This document shows, one piece after another, positions 10,434-19,987 of a stretch of 64,000 bases of DNA; positions within the stretch are counted from its first letter, which is position 1; each line of letters begins with the position of its first letter. Source of the stretch: Planctomycetota bacterium (lineage in GTDB: Bacteria; Planctomycetota; UBA1135; UBA2386); assembly GCA_947501605.1 (NCBI GenBank), contig CANMWZ010000021.1, forward strand, positions 8,603 to 72,602. The letters run 5' to 3'. The position numbers were made by a program, and so were the translations under genes. The notes below the pieces were generated by a model, which saw nothing but the letters and a program-made list of their open reading frames with translations, ran no database searches and was not told where the DNA came from.

Positions 10434-12332
10434 ATGCCTCACGCACGCCCGTTCTCGTCGTTGTTGCTGCTGGTCGCCGCCGCCTCGTCGCTGCCGTGTC
10501 AGGACCCGGTGGTCGCGCGCGTGCAGCCGTATCCGATCGATCTTCCACCCGAGTTCGAAGCCGCCATCGCCGAAGGCACGCGCACGCGCACCGGCAAACC
10601 GGGCGAGAAGTACTGGACCAACCGAGCGGACTACGACCTAGCGATCGAACTCGATCCTGTGACCGCGCGCCTCACCGGCAAGGCCAAGCTCACCTATCAC
10701 AATCGCGCGCCGCACGAGCAGAAGCAGCTGGTCCTGCATCTCTATCAGAACTTGATGAAGCCCGATGCCGAACGCACCCGCACCGTCGTGCCGACCGACG
10801 GCTTCGAGCTCGGCGAAGTGCGCATCGGCGGCAAGGTCGTCCGCGCCCGCCCGCGGGACACGAGGCTCACGTTGAACTTGCCCGAACCGCTGCCGAGCGG
10901 GCAAAGCCTCACGATCGAGATCGACTATGCGTTCACCGTTCCGGTAGCTGGCACCGCCCCGCGCATGGGCCACGAGAACCAGGACGTCTACTACCTCGGC
11001 TACTGGTATCCGCAGTTCGCGGTGCACGACGACGTGAACGGCTGGGTCGCCGATCGCCATCGCGGCAACGGCGAGTTCTACATGGGCTACGGCGACTACC
11101 AGATCGCGATCACAGTGCCGCAGGGCTACGTCGTGCGCGCCACCGGCGACCTGCAGAATGCGAGCGAGGTCCTGACGGAGAAGGCCATCGCCGCGCTGCA
11201 ACAGGCAAAGACCTCGACGGATGTCGTTCACGTCGTCGACGCCGACGACCTCGAAAAGGGCACGCAGACGCGCACCCACGAGAGCGGCAAGCTGACCTGG
11301 CGCTTCTCCGCCAAGGACGTTCGCGACGCGGCTGTCAGCATCGGCCGCACGTATCTCTGGGACGCGACCCACGCCGTCGTCGAACGCAAGGACGGCAACG
11401 AGCGCACCTGTGAGATCCACGCGGTCTACGAGAAGAACTCGGGCGACTGGGTTCGCGCGGCGGAGTACGCGCGCAAGACCATCGAGTGGATGTCGGAGCA
11501 GGTCTATCCCTACCCGTGGCCGCACATGACTGCGTGCGAGGGCATCATCGGCGGCGGCATGGAGTACCCGATGATGACCATCTGCGGCGGCCGTCGCCCG
11601 CAAGGCGTCATCACGCATGAGCTCACGCACATGTGGTTCCCGATGCTGCTCGGCAGCAACGAGAAGCGCTACGCGTGGCAGGACGAAGGGTTCACTTCGT
11701 ATTGGTCGTCCTTGTGCTCGGCGAGTATCGCCGGCCGCCGCGCCGGCTCGCGGGGCGACGTCATGTCGGCAGCATCCCAGATCGCATCGGGCGGCGACGT
11801 GGTCTCGATGCGCCACGGCGACGGCTACGTCGACGACGACTTTGGCTTTGCGAGCTACGGCAAACCTGCTGCCGTGTTGGCGCAGCTGCGCGGCCTGATC
11901 GGCGACGAGAAGTTCGTGACCGGCTTCCGCCGCTATGCAGCGGACTGGGCGTTCAAGCACCCGTATCCGTACGACTTCTTCTTCACCATGAGCGACGTCG
12001 CCATGGTCGACCTCGAGAGTTACTTCCGCACGTGGCTGTTCGAGACCTGGGCGCTCGATCATGCGATCGCGGACGTGACGGTGAGCGACAGCGAGACGGC
12101 GGTCCAGGTCAGCGATCGCGGCCGCGCGCAGCATCCGTGCATCGTCGAAGCGACGTTCGAGGACGGGAGCAAGATGCGAGCGTCGATCGACATGGCGCAC
12201 TGGGAGAACCACCGCTCGGCGACCTTGAAGATGCCCGGGAAGGCGACGAGCGTGGTGTTGGATCCGGATGTGAACACGATCGACGTCGATCGTGACAACA
12301 ACAGCTGGAAGGCGCCGAAGGTAGAGAAGTAG
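10434..12332 (+). CDS. Secreted M1-family metalloaminopeptidase
   Basis: Signal peptide; YWTNRADY, GGMEYP, HELTH and WQDEG zinc motifs. Confidence 0.92.
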   Translation: MPHARPFSSLLLLVAAASSLPCQDPVVARVQPYPIDLPPEFEAAIAEGTRTRTGKPGEKYWTNRADYDLAIELDPVTARLTGKAKLTYHNRAPHEQKQLVLHLYQNLMKPDAERTRTVVPTDGFELGEVRIGGKVVRARPRDTRLTLNLPEPLPSGQSLTIEIDYAFTVPVAGTAPRMGHENQDVYYLGYWYPQFAVHDDVNGWVADRHRGNGEFYMGYGDYQIAITVPQGYVVRATGDLQNASEVLTEKAIAALQQAKTSTDVVHVVDADDLEKGTQTRTHESGKLTWRFSAKDVRDAAVSIGRTYLWDATHAVVERKDGNERTCEIHAVYEKNSGDWVRAAEYARKTIEWMSEQVYPYPWPHMTACEGIIGGGMEYPMMTICGGRRPQGVITHELTHMWFPMLLGSNEKRYAWQDEGFTSYWSSLCSASIAGRRAGSRGDVMSAASQIASGGDVVSMRHGDGYVDDDFGFASYGKPAAVLAQLRGLIGDEKFVTGFRRYAADWAFKHPYPYDFFFTMSDVAMVDLESYFRTWLFETWALDHAIADVTVSDSETAVQVSDRGRAQHPCIVEATFEDGSKMRASIDMAHWENHRSATLKMPGKATSVVLDPDVNTIDVDRDNNSWKAPKVEK

Positions 12333-12458
12333 GGTAACGGCGCCCTCACCGGAGTCCTCTGCCATGCACGACACGTGGAAGAACGCCTCGGTGCTGCCGG
12401 CATCGTGATGCGCGCCACGGAGAAGGCCACGGGCAGGCGCGACGTCCCGCGCTGACGC

Positions 12459-13235
12459 TCAAGCGCACGTGACGCGCGCGCGCCGACGATGGCGCACCGC
12501 GAGCATGGTGCCGAGCGCGATCGTGAGGCCGCGACCGATGTTGGGCCACAGCCCACCGGCCGCACTCCCCGCGACCGCGAACACCATCCACGCTGCATTC
12601 ATGACGGCGTGGAGCAGGATCGTGGTCCAGAGATTCCATTCGTAGACGCGCAGCAGCCACGAGTACCAGAGCCCCCCGGCCAGTGTCGCCGCCAGCACGC
12701 CCATGTGTTCGCCGCCGAACTGGGCGTTCCAGGGCACGTGCATCGAGGCGAACACCAACGCCGAGAACGTCGCCACGGGCCAAAACGAGAAGCCCCCGAG
12801 CCGCACCGGAATCCCGACGAGCACGGCGCGAAACAGCAGTTCTTCCACGAACGGGGCCACACCGACGCCACGAAGAGTGCCCGCGTCGGCACGCACACCA
12901 TCGCTTGCGATCCATGCCTGCAGCACCATGGGCGCACCAGCCGCCGCAGCAAACGACGCACCCAGGAGGAACGACGCGCGCAAGCCAAGTCCGCGCAGAA
13001 CCCCGCCTTGACCGTACGCAAGACGCGCTGCGCCGAGGCTCGCGAGCACCAGCAGCAGCGGTCCATCGAGCCCACGAACCGCATCCGATACCCCGAGGTC
13101 GTGCAGCCAGCGGTGGAACTCGACGTAGCAAGCCACCTCGCCACGGACGCGGGTGAACACAAATACCGCGATCGCCAAGGTCAACCCACAGGGCCACTGG
13201 GAGGAGCGAGGCTGCGGCTCGATGTTTATCGACAC
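12459..13235 (-). CDS. CPBP (Abi/CAAX) intramembrane metalloprotease
   Basis: EELLFR, FASMH and LHAVMN motifs; many TM helices. Confidence 0.88.
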   Translation of the reverse strand: MSINIEPQPRSSQWPCGLTLAIAVFVFTRVRGEVACYVEFHRWLHDLGVSDAVRGLDGPLLLVLASLGAARLAYGQGGVLRGLGLRASFLLGASFAAAAGAPMVLQAWIASDGVRADAGTLRGVGVAPFVEELLFRAVLVGIPVRLGGFSFWPVATFSALVFASMHVPWNAQFGGEHMGVLAATLAGGLWYSWLLRVYEWNLWTTILLHAVMNAAWMVFAVAGSAAGGLWPNIGRGLTIALGTMLAVRHRRRARVTCA

Positions 13236-13292
13236 GGCAGCAGCATGCCGTGTCCCTCCGGGATCACACCAGTTCGGCGTCGGGTTCCGCGC

Positions 13293-15146
13293 TCACCGAT
13301 GCGCGTCGCCGCAGCCGCATTGGTCCATGCGTGCGGGCGGCACTTCCAATTCCGGCGGCGCTGCCATGCGCGCCCCGACAGGTCGCGGACGCAGCAGAAT
13401 GGCGGGCGTCTTCAGCACGACGTTCGTGCTACCTCGGCGGGTCATGTAGCACTGGATCACGAGCTGCTGGACAGCGGGGATCGAAGCCAGCGTGACCTCG
13501 CAACTGTCGGACACCACGTCGACCTTGCGTTCTTGCAGGATCGAAAGTCTGTCGATGGCCAGATGCGGACCGCCGCCGAACAGCGGCAGCGTCTTCGCCA
13601 CTTTGGTTCCGAAGACGATGTGCGCGCTACTGCCGCTCTCGAGCCCGGTGACGCGCAGGCGCAACTCTTGTCCGACCTCGGGCAATTCACTGAGCACGCT
13701 GATGCGCGCGACCACGCCGTCCGAACCCGGGCGATACGAGCCAAACTGGCGCACGAAACCGTAGGTCGGTTCGATCAAGAACGAGGCCTGAAGGTCGGTC
13801 GAACTGACGTAGTCGCCGAACGGCGTCGTCACCACGTCCCACCCGCCGTTGTACACCGCAGGCCACGTGGGCACGGTCATGTTGGCGTGGAAGTAGCCAT
13901 TGGACCCAGCCGGCGGCGTCGCCGACAGCGGCACGTGGGCGAGCATGCGAACCGTGCTTTGGTCCTTCTGACACTGGTAGGTGAAGTAGCCGCCAGTGAA
14001 GTGCGCCATCGGCACCGAATCCCATGTGTGGCTCCGGCACTCCAACATGCGCGAACCGACGTTGTGCACCGCGTGGAGCCGATTACCGGCATCGGTCAAC
14101 CAGCCGACCAGTTCTGGATTTCGACCCTGCCAGAGGCCGGTCGCGTCGAGCACGGCTGCCTTGCTGATGACCTGGTTCGGAGCCGCTCCGAACGCATAGG
14201 CTTCGAAGCCAGCCGCCAATCGCGGGTGGCCATCGGGGGAGTTCTGCAACTGCACGACATTGTGCATCGAGCCGGTAGCAGGCCCGCCGTACACCGCCAA
14301 GCGTCGCGCCGTAGCCATGCGCGTTGGCGCCGAGGCGTCGTAGAACGCAAAGTAGGACACGTTGCCGCGCTGGGGTTGCTGGATCGTCGTGGCCCAGACC
14401 GGATGCCCGTCGATGTCGAGGAACTGGCTGTCGAACAGCGTCTGGTCGCCGGCATCGGGACCGACGAAGACCGACAGTAGGCGCGGACGCAACGGGTCGT
14501 TCTTGACGTCGAAGAACACCGCCGGCGAACAGCCAGGAGTCAACGGCGCCGGCAGCGGGTTGGCAAACACGTCGACGCCGTTGAGAACGAGGATGCCGCG
14601 TTCGGCGTCGAGTCGCATCGTGTGCACCCCTCGGACCGTCACCGGCAGACCGATCTGGATCGGCCACCGCACCGTGGTCAGGGTCGGGAAATCCGTGACG
14701 TCGGTGATCTCCAGTTGGTTGGTGCCGCGCGAGGCGAAGTAAACATAGGCACGTTCGCGGCCACCATTGTCGACGATGCGCGTCGCAATGACGTCCGACC
14801 ACACGACGCTGGCGCCGGTAACCGGCCAGTATCGTTGCGAACGGACACTCCATTCGTCGTCGACGAGCGATGCGAGCACCCCCGTAGCGCCCGAGGACAC
14901 GTACAGGTAATCGTCGCGATACTCACCGACGCTCGCATCGAAGCGCGGCATGCGCACGGCATCGACGCCGCTATGGCTACCACAAGACGGATGGCCAAAA
15001 CGTTGAACGCGCTCGACGCCTCTGGACAGGGCCATCAGCGGGTCCGCGATCTCAACCGCGAGGGTCTGCTCCGCGGAACCGCCAGAACAGGCATGGAACC
15101 AGAGCAGCGCCACAAAAGGCACCGCACAGCGAATCCTGTGCTGCAT
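13293..15146 (-). CDS. Secreted/lipoprotein LVIVD-repeat (choice-of-anchor B-like) beta-propeller protein
   Basis: Lipobox-like FHAC; HTMR, SMHNV, HAVHNV, AHFTGG and YNGGWDV resemble choice-of-anchor B; start uncertain (15146 or 15206). Confidence 0.6.
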   Translation of the reverse strand: MQHRIRCAVPFVALLWFHACSGGSAEQTLAVEIADPLMALSRGVERVQRFGHPSCGSHSGVDAVRMPRFDASVGEYRDDYLYVSSGATGVLASLVDDEWSVRSQRYWPVTGASVVWSDVIATRIVDNGGRERAYVYFASRGTNQLEITDVTDFPTLTTVRWPIQIGLPVTVRGVHTMRLDAERGILVLNGVDVFANPLPAPLTPGCSPAVFFDVKNDPLRPRLLSVFVGPDAGDQTLFDSQFLDIDGHPVWATTIQQPQRGNVSYFAFYDASAPTRMATARRLAVYGGPATGSMHNVVQLQNSPDGHPRLAAGFEAYAFGAAPNQVISKAAVLDATGLWQGRNPELVGWLTDAGNRLHAVHNVGSRMLECRSHTWDSVPMAHFTGGYFTYQCQKDQSTVRMLAHVPLSATPPAGSNGYFHANMTVPTWPAVYNGGWDVVTTPFGDYVSSTDLQASFLIEPTYGFVRQFGSYRPGSDGVVARISVLSELPEVGQELRLRVTGLESGSSAHIVFGTKVAKTLPLFGGGPHLAIDRLSILQERKVDVVSDSCEVTLASIPAVQQLVIQCYMTRRGSTNVVLKTPAILLRPRPVGARMAAPPELEVPPARMDQCGCGDAHR

Positions 15147-15402
15147 ACACAGACGGGGGATAGGGGTATGGCCGGGATCGAGGCCGCGGGGGAGCGGCTG
15201 GGACAAGGGATCATCCCGACACCGTCAGAGTAACACTCGAATCGCGCCGCGGCGGACCGACCCACCGAGGAGCCGCACAGCCGACCTCGCAACCTCGCTG
15301 CAACGGACCGTACCGGATCAGGCTTCTGCCCAGCCAGAATGGCGTTCGTGGTCCCGCGCGCTCCCCCCGCCGAGGTCCATCTGCCATGATCTCGCTTCTG
15401 CC

Positions 15403-16962
15403 ATGAATCGCACCCATCGCCGCGCGTTCGGCCTCCCCCTCGCCGTCGTTGCTTGCTCGCTCGCGCTCTCCGCGCAGAGCGCCGTTGTGGAACCTCGCGT
15501 CGGCATCGAGTTCAAGCCACCCAAGGGCTGGACCGAACTCCCCGGCGGTGGCGACCGCCACGCCACCGTTCGACTGTTCGCCGGACCGCGTGCGCTGGTC
15601 GGCAAGGAGGACGTGCAGCACACGCCTATCTTGCGCGTGATGTTCTTCGACAAGGGTGGCGACGCGAGCAAGGACAAGATCGATGACCTGCCGCGAATGA
15701 CGGCCTACCGCAGCCTCGAGGACTTCGCCTTGCGCGGCCTTGGCATCAAGGACGCTACCAAGGCAGCGGACAAAGCCGGCGCGCTCGAGTTCCAGCGAGT
15801 CTCGGGCAAGAACGCTGCGCGCTCGGTCTATGGCGCCGCGTTTGCGGTTGACGGTGCGGAGGCGGCGGTGTGCTTTGAGGTTCTCACTCAGCACCTCGAC
15901 AAGCTCAAGAAGGAGTTGGATGCGACTATCACCTCGGTAGCCGTCATCGCGCGCACGCCAGAGCCACGAATCGACCCGCCCTGGGTGACGGATGCAGATT
16001 GGAGCAAGAAGGACCTCGCAGCCCGCAATGCCACGCGCAAGGCCTGGTCTGAGGGCGCGGTCGCACGGACCACCAAGAACGCGGGCCCGACCTACAAACC
16101 CAGCAAGTCCAAACACTGGTCCGTTCTCAGCGCCGCGGATCCGGCCTTCACCAAGAAGGCGATCGCGGCAGCCGAAGTGATGCGCGCCTGGATCGCGGCG
16201 AAGCTGCCCGAATTGGCCAAGGAACCAATGCCCGCGGTCCTGCGCGTGTTCGACTCGAAGGACCACTACAACGCGTATCTGACGACCGTCACGGAGACAC
16301 GCGAGTACGACCAGCGTCTGCGCGAGTTGCACTTCGTCAACGACCCGGACAACGGCGGCAGCGGCGGTTACGGCATGCTGTTCCGCGCGGTCATGTGGCA
16401 CGCGTTCGACGACCTCGACGACCAGGTGCTACCAGCCTTGCCGCGTTGGCTCGACAACGGCATCTGGGAGTTCCTGCGCAGCTCGCAGTGCGACGGCAAG
16501 AAGGTCGAGTTCGCGTCGAGCGACACCGAGAAGGGTCGCATGGCGTGGTATCCCCAGAACAACCAGGAGATCCCGGCTCTCTGGCACCTGATCGAAGAGT
16601 CGCTGCAGAAGAGCCCTGAGGACGGCAAGAACGAAGATCCGTGGGCCTACACGCCGGACTGCGCGCGCGTGATCCGCTGGTGGCTCCTGAACGACGGCAT
16701 GAAGGCGTTCGACAAGCCGAACCTGTTCGTCGACTACGTGCGCGCGCTCGGCAAGGCCCACGCCGAGACCGGGCCCGATCCGATGCTCGACGTCGGCAGC
16801 GGCATCCTCACCGACGACGAGAACAAGAAGCGGAACAAGGGCCAGTACGCCTGGCGCGACGCGCTGCTGGTCAAGATCAACACCCTGGTGTTGGCGATCG
16901 GCGAGCCGAAGTGGCGCGAAGCCAACGAGAAGTGGGGCGCGTTCAACAAGTCCTTCAAGTGA
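15403..16962 (+). CDS. Secreted DUF1570-like protein with degenerate zincin motif
   Basis: Signal peptide; C-terminal half aligns by eye to 17444-19063 but lacks HExxH. Confidence 0.65.
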   Translation: MNRTHRRAFGLPLAVVACSLALSAQSAVVEPRVGIEFKPPKGWTELPGGGDRHATVRLFAGPRALVGKEDVQHTPILRVMFFDKGGDASKDKIDDLPRMTAYRSLEDFALRGLGIKDATKAADKAGALEFQRVSGKNAARSVYGAAFAVDGAEAAVCFEVLTQHLDKLKKELDATITSVAVIARTPEPRIDPPWVTDADWSKKDLAARNATRKAWSEGAVARTTKNAGPTYKPSKSKHWSVLSAADPAFTKKAIAAAEVMRAWIAAKLPELAKEPMPAVLRVFDSKDHYNAYLTTVTETREYDQRLRELHFVNDPDNGGSGGYGMLFRAVMWHAFDDLDDQVLPALPRWLDNGIWEFLRSSQCDGKKVEFASSDTEKGRMAWYPQNNQEIPALWHLIEESLQKSPEDGKNEDPWAYTPDCARVIRWWLLNDGMKAFDKPNLFVDYVRALGKAHAETGPDPMLDVGSGILTDDENKKRNKGQYAWRDALLVKINTLVLAIGEPKWREANEKWGAFNKSFK

Positions 16963-16973
16963 ACTGCTGAGCC

Positions 16974-17420
16974 GTGGCCGACAAACGCCGCTTCGAACTG
17001 TTCGCCGACCTGGTGACGCGCCACTTCCCCGGCTGCCGTCACGCGTTCGACATCGCCGGTGGCATGGGCAAACTCAACGAGGCCTTGTCGGGGCGCGGCC
17101 TCGACGTCGTCACGTTCGACAAGCGGTGGAAGCACGCCGACGTGAAGTATGCGCAGCGGCTGTTCACGTTGACCGAACCGTGCACGTGCGACTTGTTGGT
17201 CGGCATGCACCCGGACGGCGCCACGCGCATCATCGTCGAGTATGCGAGCCAGCACGGGCGACCGTTCGCGATCGTGCCGTGCTGCTCGGACAACGGCATG
17301 CCCTACAAGCCGTGGATGCGACACCTCGCGGAGCTGGGTGAGGAGCGCGGGATGGTCGTCACCGAAGAGGTGCTACCGATGCAGGGGCGCGCGCGGGTGT
17401 TGGTCGGACGACCGAAGTAG
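16974..17420 (+). CDS. Small class I SAM-dependent methyltransferase-like protein
   Basis: DIAGGMG motif I, GMHPDGAT, FAIVPCC. Confidence 0.7.
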   Translation: MADKRRFELFADLVTRHFPGCRHAFDIAGGMGKLNEALSGRGLDVVTFDKRWKHADVKYAQRLFTLTEPCTCDLLVGMHPDGATRIIVEYASQHGRPFAIVPCCSDNGMPYKPWMRHLAELGEERGMVVTEEVLPMQGRARVLVGRPK

Positions 17421-17443
17421 CGCGGCATTGGTGAGCGAGCAGC

Positions 17444-19063
17444 TCACAGCTTCTCGACCCAGGCCCGGAAGTCCTTGTCCAACGCCTCCAGGTCGATGCC
17501 GGCGAACGCCTTGTCGACCGCTTCCGACAGGATCTCCGCGACCTTCTTGCTGTCCTCGAAGTCGATGATCTCGATGCCCGGGATCCCGGGGACCGGCTCA
17601 GCACTCGTATCGGCTCCGTCCTTCTCCTTCTTCTTCGCGCGGAACGCTTCGATGTTGTCCGCGAGGTAGTTGAAGTAGACGTCGAGGCACTTCTCGAGGC
17701 GGTCGTCCTTGGTGACGTTGCGCAGGTAGTAGATGAACGCCCAGCCCTGCGAGTACTTGAGCCCACCGTTGGTGTAGTACTCGCGCTGCGGTAGGCGAAT
17801 CAGAGTGCGCAGCGGGATCAGGTCCTTCTTCTGGCTGATGTGCCGCTTCAAGAAGTCGACGCGCCAGTCGAACGGTGCGAACTTGATGTTGGTCCCCTTG
17901 ACCTCGATGCCGGCGAAGTAGTCGCCGTGCCCTTCGTTGAACCACGAATGCGGCGACACGTCGCCGACCGCGAAGTGGATGTACTGGTGGAACGCCTCGT
18001 GGAACATCACCGACCGGCAGTAGGCCATCGAGTTCGACTTGGTGACGTCTTCGAACTTGGTGAACAGGACCAACTCGCCGCTACGCGGGTTGAAGTAGCC
18101 CGCTGATCCGCGGGGCCCACCGTACTTGTAGTACTCCGACTCGGTGTCGAGCACGCGTACCGGCGAGATGGGGCGCTCTTCGTTCCGCGGCTGGAACTGC
18201 TTCACGTAAACCTTCTCGCGAACCAGCTCGAGGTCCTTGGCAATCGACTGCAGGAACGCCTTGTTGCTGCTGTTGCTCAAGAACACGTAGTGCTCGGAGT
18301 CGATCGAGTACCAACCCGGCGTGCCGGCGATGCTGGCCTTCAGGGCCTCGCGCTTCTCCTCGCCCTTCAGCTTGTTCGGGTCCTTGCGCGAGGCCGCGAT
18401 GACATCTGAGTTGGCTGGTTCGAACAGGGTAAAGGTCTGCAGACTCTTCAGATACCAGTCGTGATAGGTCTTGCTCGTTTCTTCGAAGGCCTCGTAGCAG
18501 ACCCCCCACTCGACGCCGGCCTGCTTGAAGTAAGCGATCGTGTAGGACGAGGCGCCTGAGCCAAACTCGATCAGCTCGCCCTCGAGCTTGCCGGCCTTGA
18601 ACGGCTTGCGCACCCATCGCTTGTCACAGTCCTTGAACGCGCCCTGCAGGTAGTCGTCGAACGACTTCGGGTTGAGCAGCTTCTCGAGCTCGGGGCTGAT
18701 CTTGAGCTTCTCGCGCTCGGCGGCTTCGCGCGCGAGCTCTTCCTCGCTCTTCGGCTTGCCGGTCAGCGTGATCGTCGAGATGCGGATGATGGCCAGGTCG
18801 CAGAACGAGCCCGCCTGCTCCTGCTCCCACAGACCGCGCACGCGCATGTCATCAGTGTTCAGCTTCCAATGACCGACGGTGAACTTCTCCTCCGGCTTGA
18901 TCGCGATCGAGTCCCAGCTTTCCAAGGTGCGGATGCTGTAACCCCAGTCTTTGATCTTCTGCACCTTGTCGAGCTTGATCTTCGACTGGGCAAGCCCTTC
19001 GACGGAGAAGCCGAGAACGGCGACGAGCGGAAGGAGAGCGAATAGGAGCGTTCGAACAAGCAT
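17444..19063 (-). CDS. DUF1570 domain zinc-metallopeptidase-like secreted protein
   Basis: Signal peptide; SAGYF, HEAFHQY, WFNEGHGDY, YSQGWAFIYYL. Confidence 0.82.
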   Translation of the reverse strand: MLVRTLLFALLPLVAVLGFSVEGLAQSKIKLDKVQKIKDWGYSIRTLESWDSIAIKPEEKFTVGHWKLNTDDMRVRGLWEQEQAGSFCDLAIIRISTITLTGKPKSEEELAREAAEREKLKISPELEKLLNPKSFDDYLQGAFKDCDKRWVRKPFKAGKLEGELIEFGSGASSYTIAYFKQAGVEWGVCYEAFEETSKTYHDWYLKSLQTFTLFEPANSDVIAASRKDPNKLKGEEKREALKASIAGTPGWYSIDSEHYVFLSNSSNKAFLQSIAKDLELVREKVYVKQFQPRNEERPISPVRVLDTESEYYKYGGPRGSAGYFNPRSGELVLFTKFEDVTKSNSMAYCRSVMFHEAFHQYIHFAVGDVSPHSWFNEGHGDYFAGIEVKGTNIKFAPFDWRVDFLKRHISQKKDLIPLRTLIRLPQREYYTNGGLKYSQGWAFIYYLRNVTKDDRLEKCLDVYFNYLADNIEAFRAKKKEKDGADTSAEPVPGIPGIEIIDFEDSKKVAEILSEAVDKAFAGIDLEALDKDFRAWVEKL

Positions 19064-19351
19064 GGAAGTCCTCTCGTGGAGCAGGTCGGGGATCCCCGTT
19101 GGCATTCCTCGATCCGACCAGGGGCGGAGTCTAACGGGAGCGGCGAGGCAGAGAGCGGCGTGAGATACGGATGTCGAAGGCGCAGAGACGGTGGCAGACG
19201 GAGTTTCCTTCAGAAACGATGACGTCCGTGGTGTGGAGGATTTCCAAACCAGCGGACTGTCGGGTGCAGAACGAGCGGCGTCGACGACCGTGGCTACCGC
19301 GGCGGGGCGCGCGCAACGCGCACGCTTCCGAGAGGTTCCAAAGGCTTCCCG

Positions 19352-19987
19352 TCAGCGCGCTTGCACGCGCAGGCTGCGGAAGCAACCGACGTCGTCGAAC
19401 GAGCCTAAGCCGACCTTTCCAGGCCCCGCCGGCACCTCCCCACTCAGCACTTCCACCCCGTCGAACGACACCGTCACCGACGTGCCTGTTCGCCGTAGGT
19501 GCAGTGTGTGCCAGCCATTGCCCCAATCCACGCCGCCGCTGCGCTGCGTCGTCACGGGCCGGCGATCGGCCCCGTCGACCAACTGGATGTGGTGCGCGGA
19601 CTCGTCGCCCACCGAGGCCAGATGTGCATAGGCGAAGTGCGCAGCGTCGCGATAGGCGAAGACCAACACCAGGTCCCGATGCGGATACTCGCGCCCTGTC
19701 TGCCGCGCCTCGACGGTCAGTTCGAGATCATCGAACGCAGCGCCGTCGAGGATCGCAAGGCTGTGCGGCGAGCGGTGTTCTGGTTCGTAGGCACTCGCCG
19801 CGTGCAGTTCGAGCCAACCTGAGCACTCGAGCGACTCGTACCACCGCCACGCCGCGCGGTCAGTGAACGTGAAACGCTGCAAGGCCGACGGACCGACGCA
19901 TTCGAGCGCGGTGCGCGATGCGACGCCGGCGCAGGCCGCGGTGGCGGCGAGGGCTGCGAGCCCGAGACCCCTTGGCGAGACCTTCAT
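19352..19987 (-). CDS. Hypothetical lipoprotein, concanavalin/LamG-like beta-sandwich
   Basis: MKVSPRGLGLAALAATAAC lipobox; WHTLHLRR...GKVGLGSFDD; ATGA overlap with upstream gene. Confidence 0.7.
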   Translation of the reverse strand: MKVSPRGLGLAALAATAACAGVASRTALECVGPSALQRFTFTDRAAWRWYESLECSGWLELHAASAYEPEHRSPHSLAILDGAAFDDLELTVEARQTGREYPHRDLVLVFAYRDAAHFAYAHLASVGDESAHHIQLVDGADRRPVTTQRSGGVDWGNGWHTLHLRRTGTSVTVSFDGVEVLSGEVPAGPGKVGLGSFDDVGCFRSLRVQAR

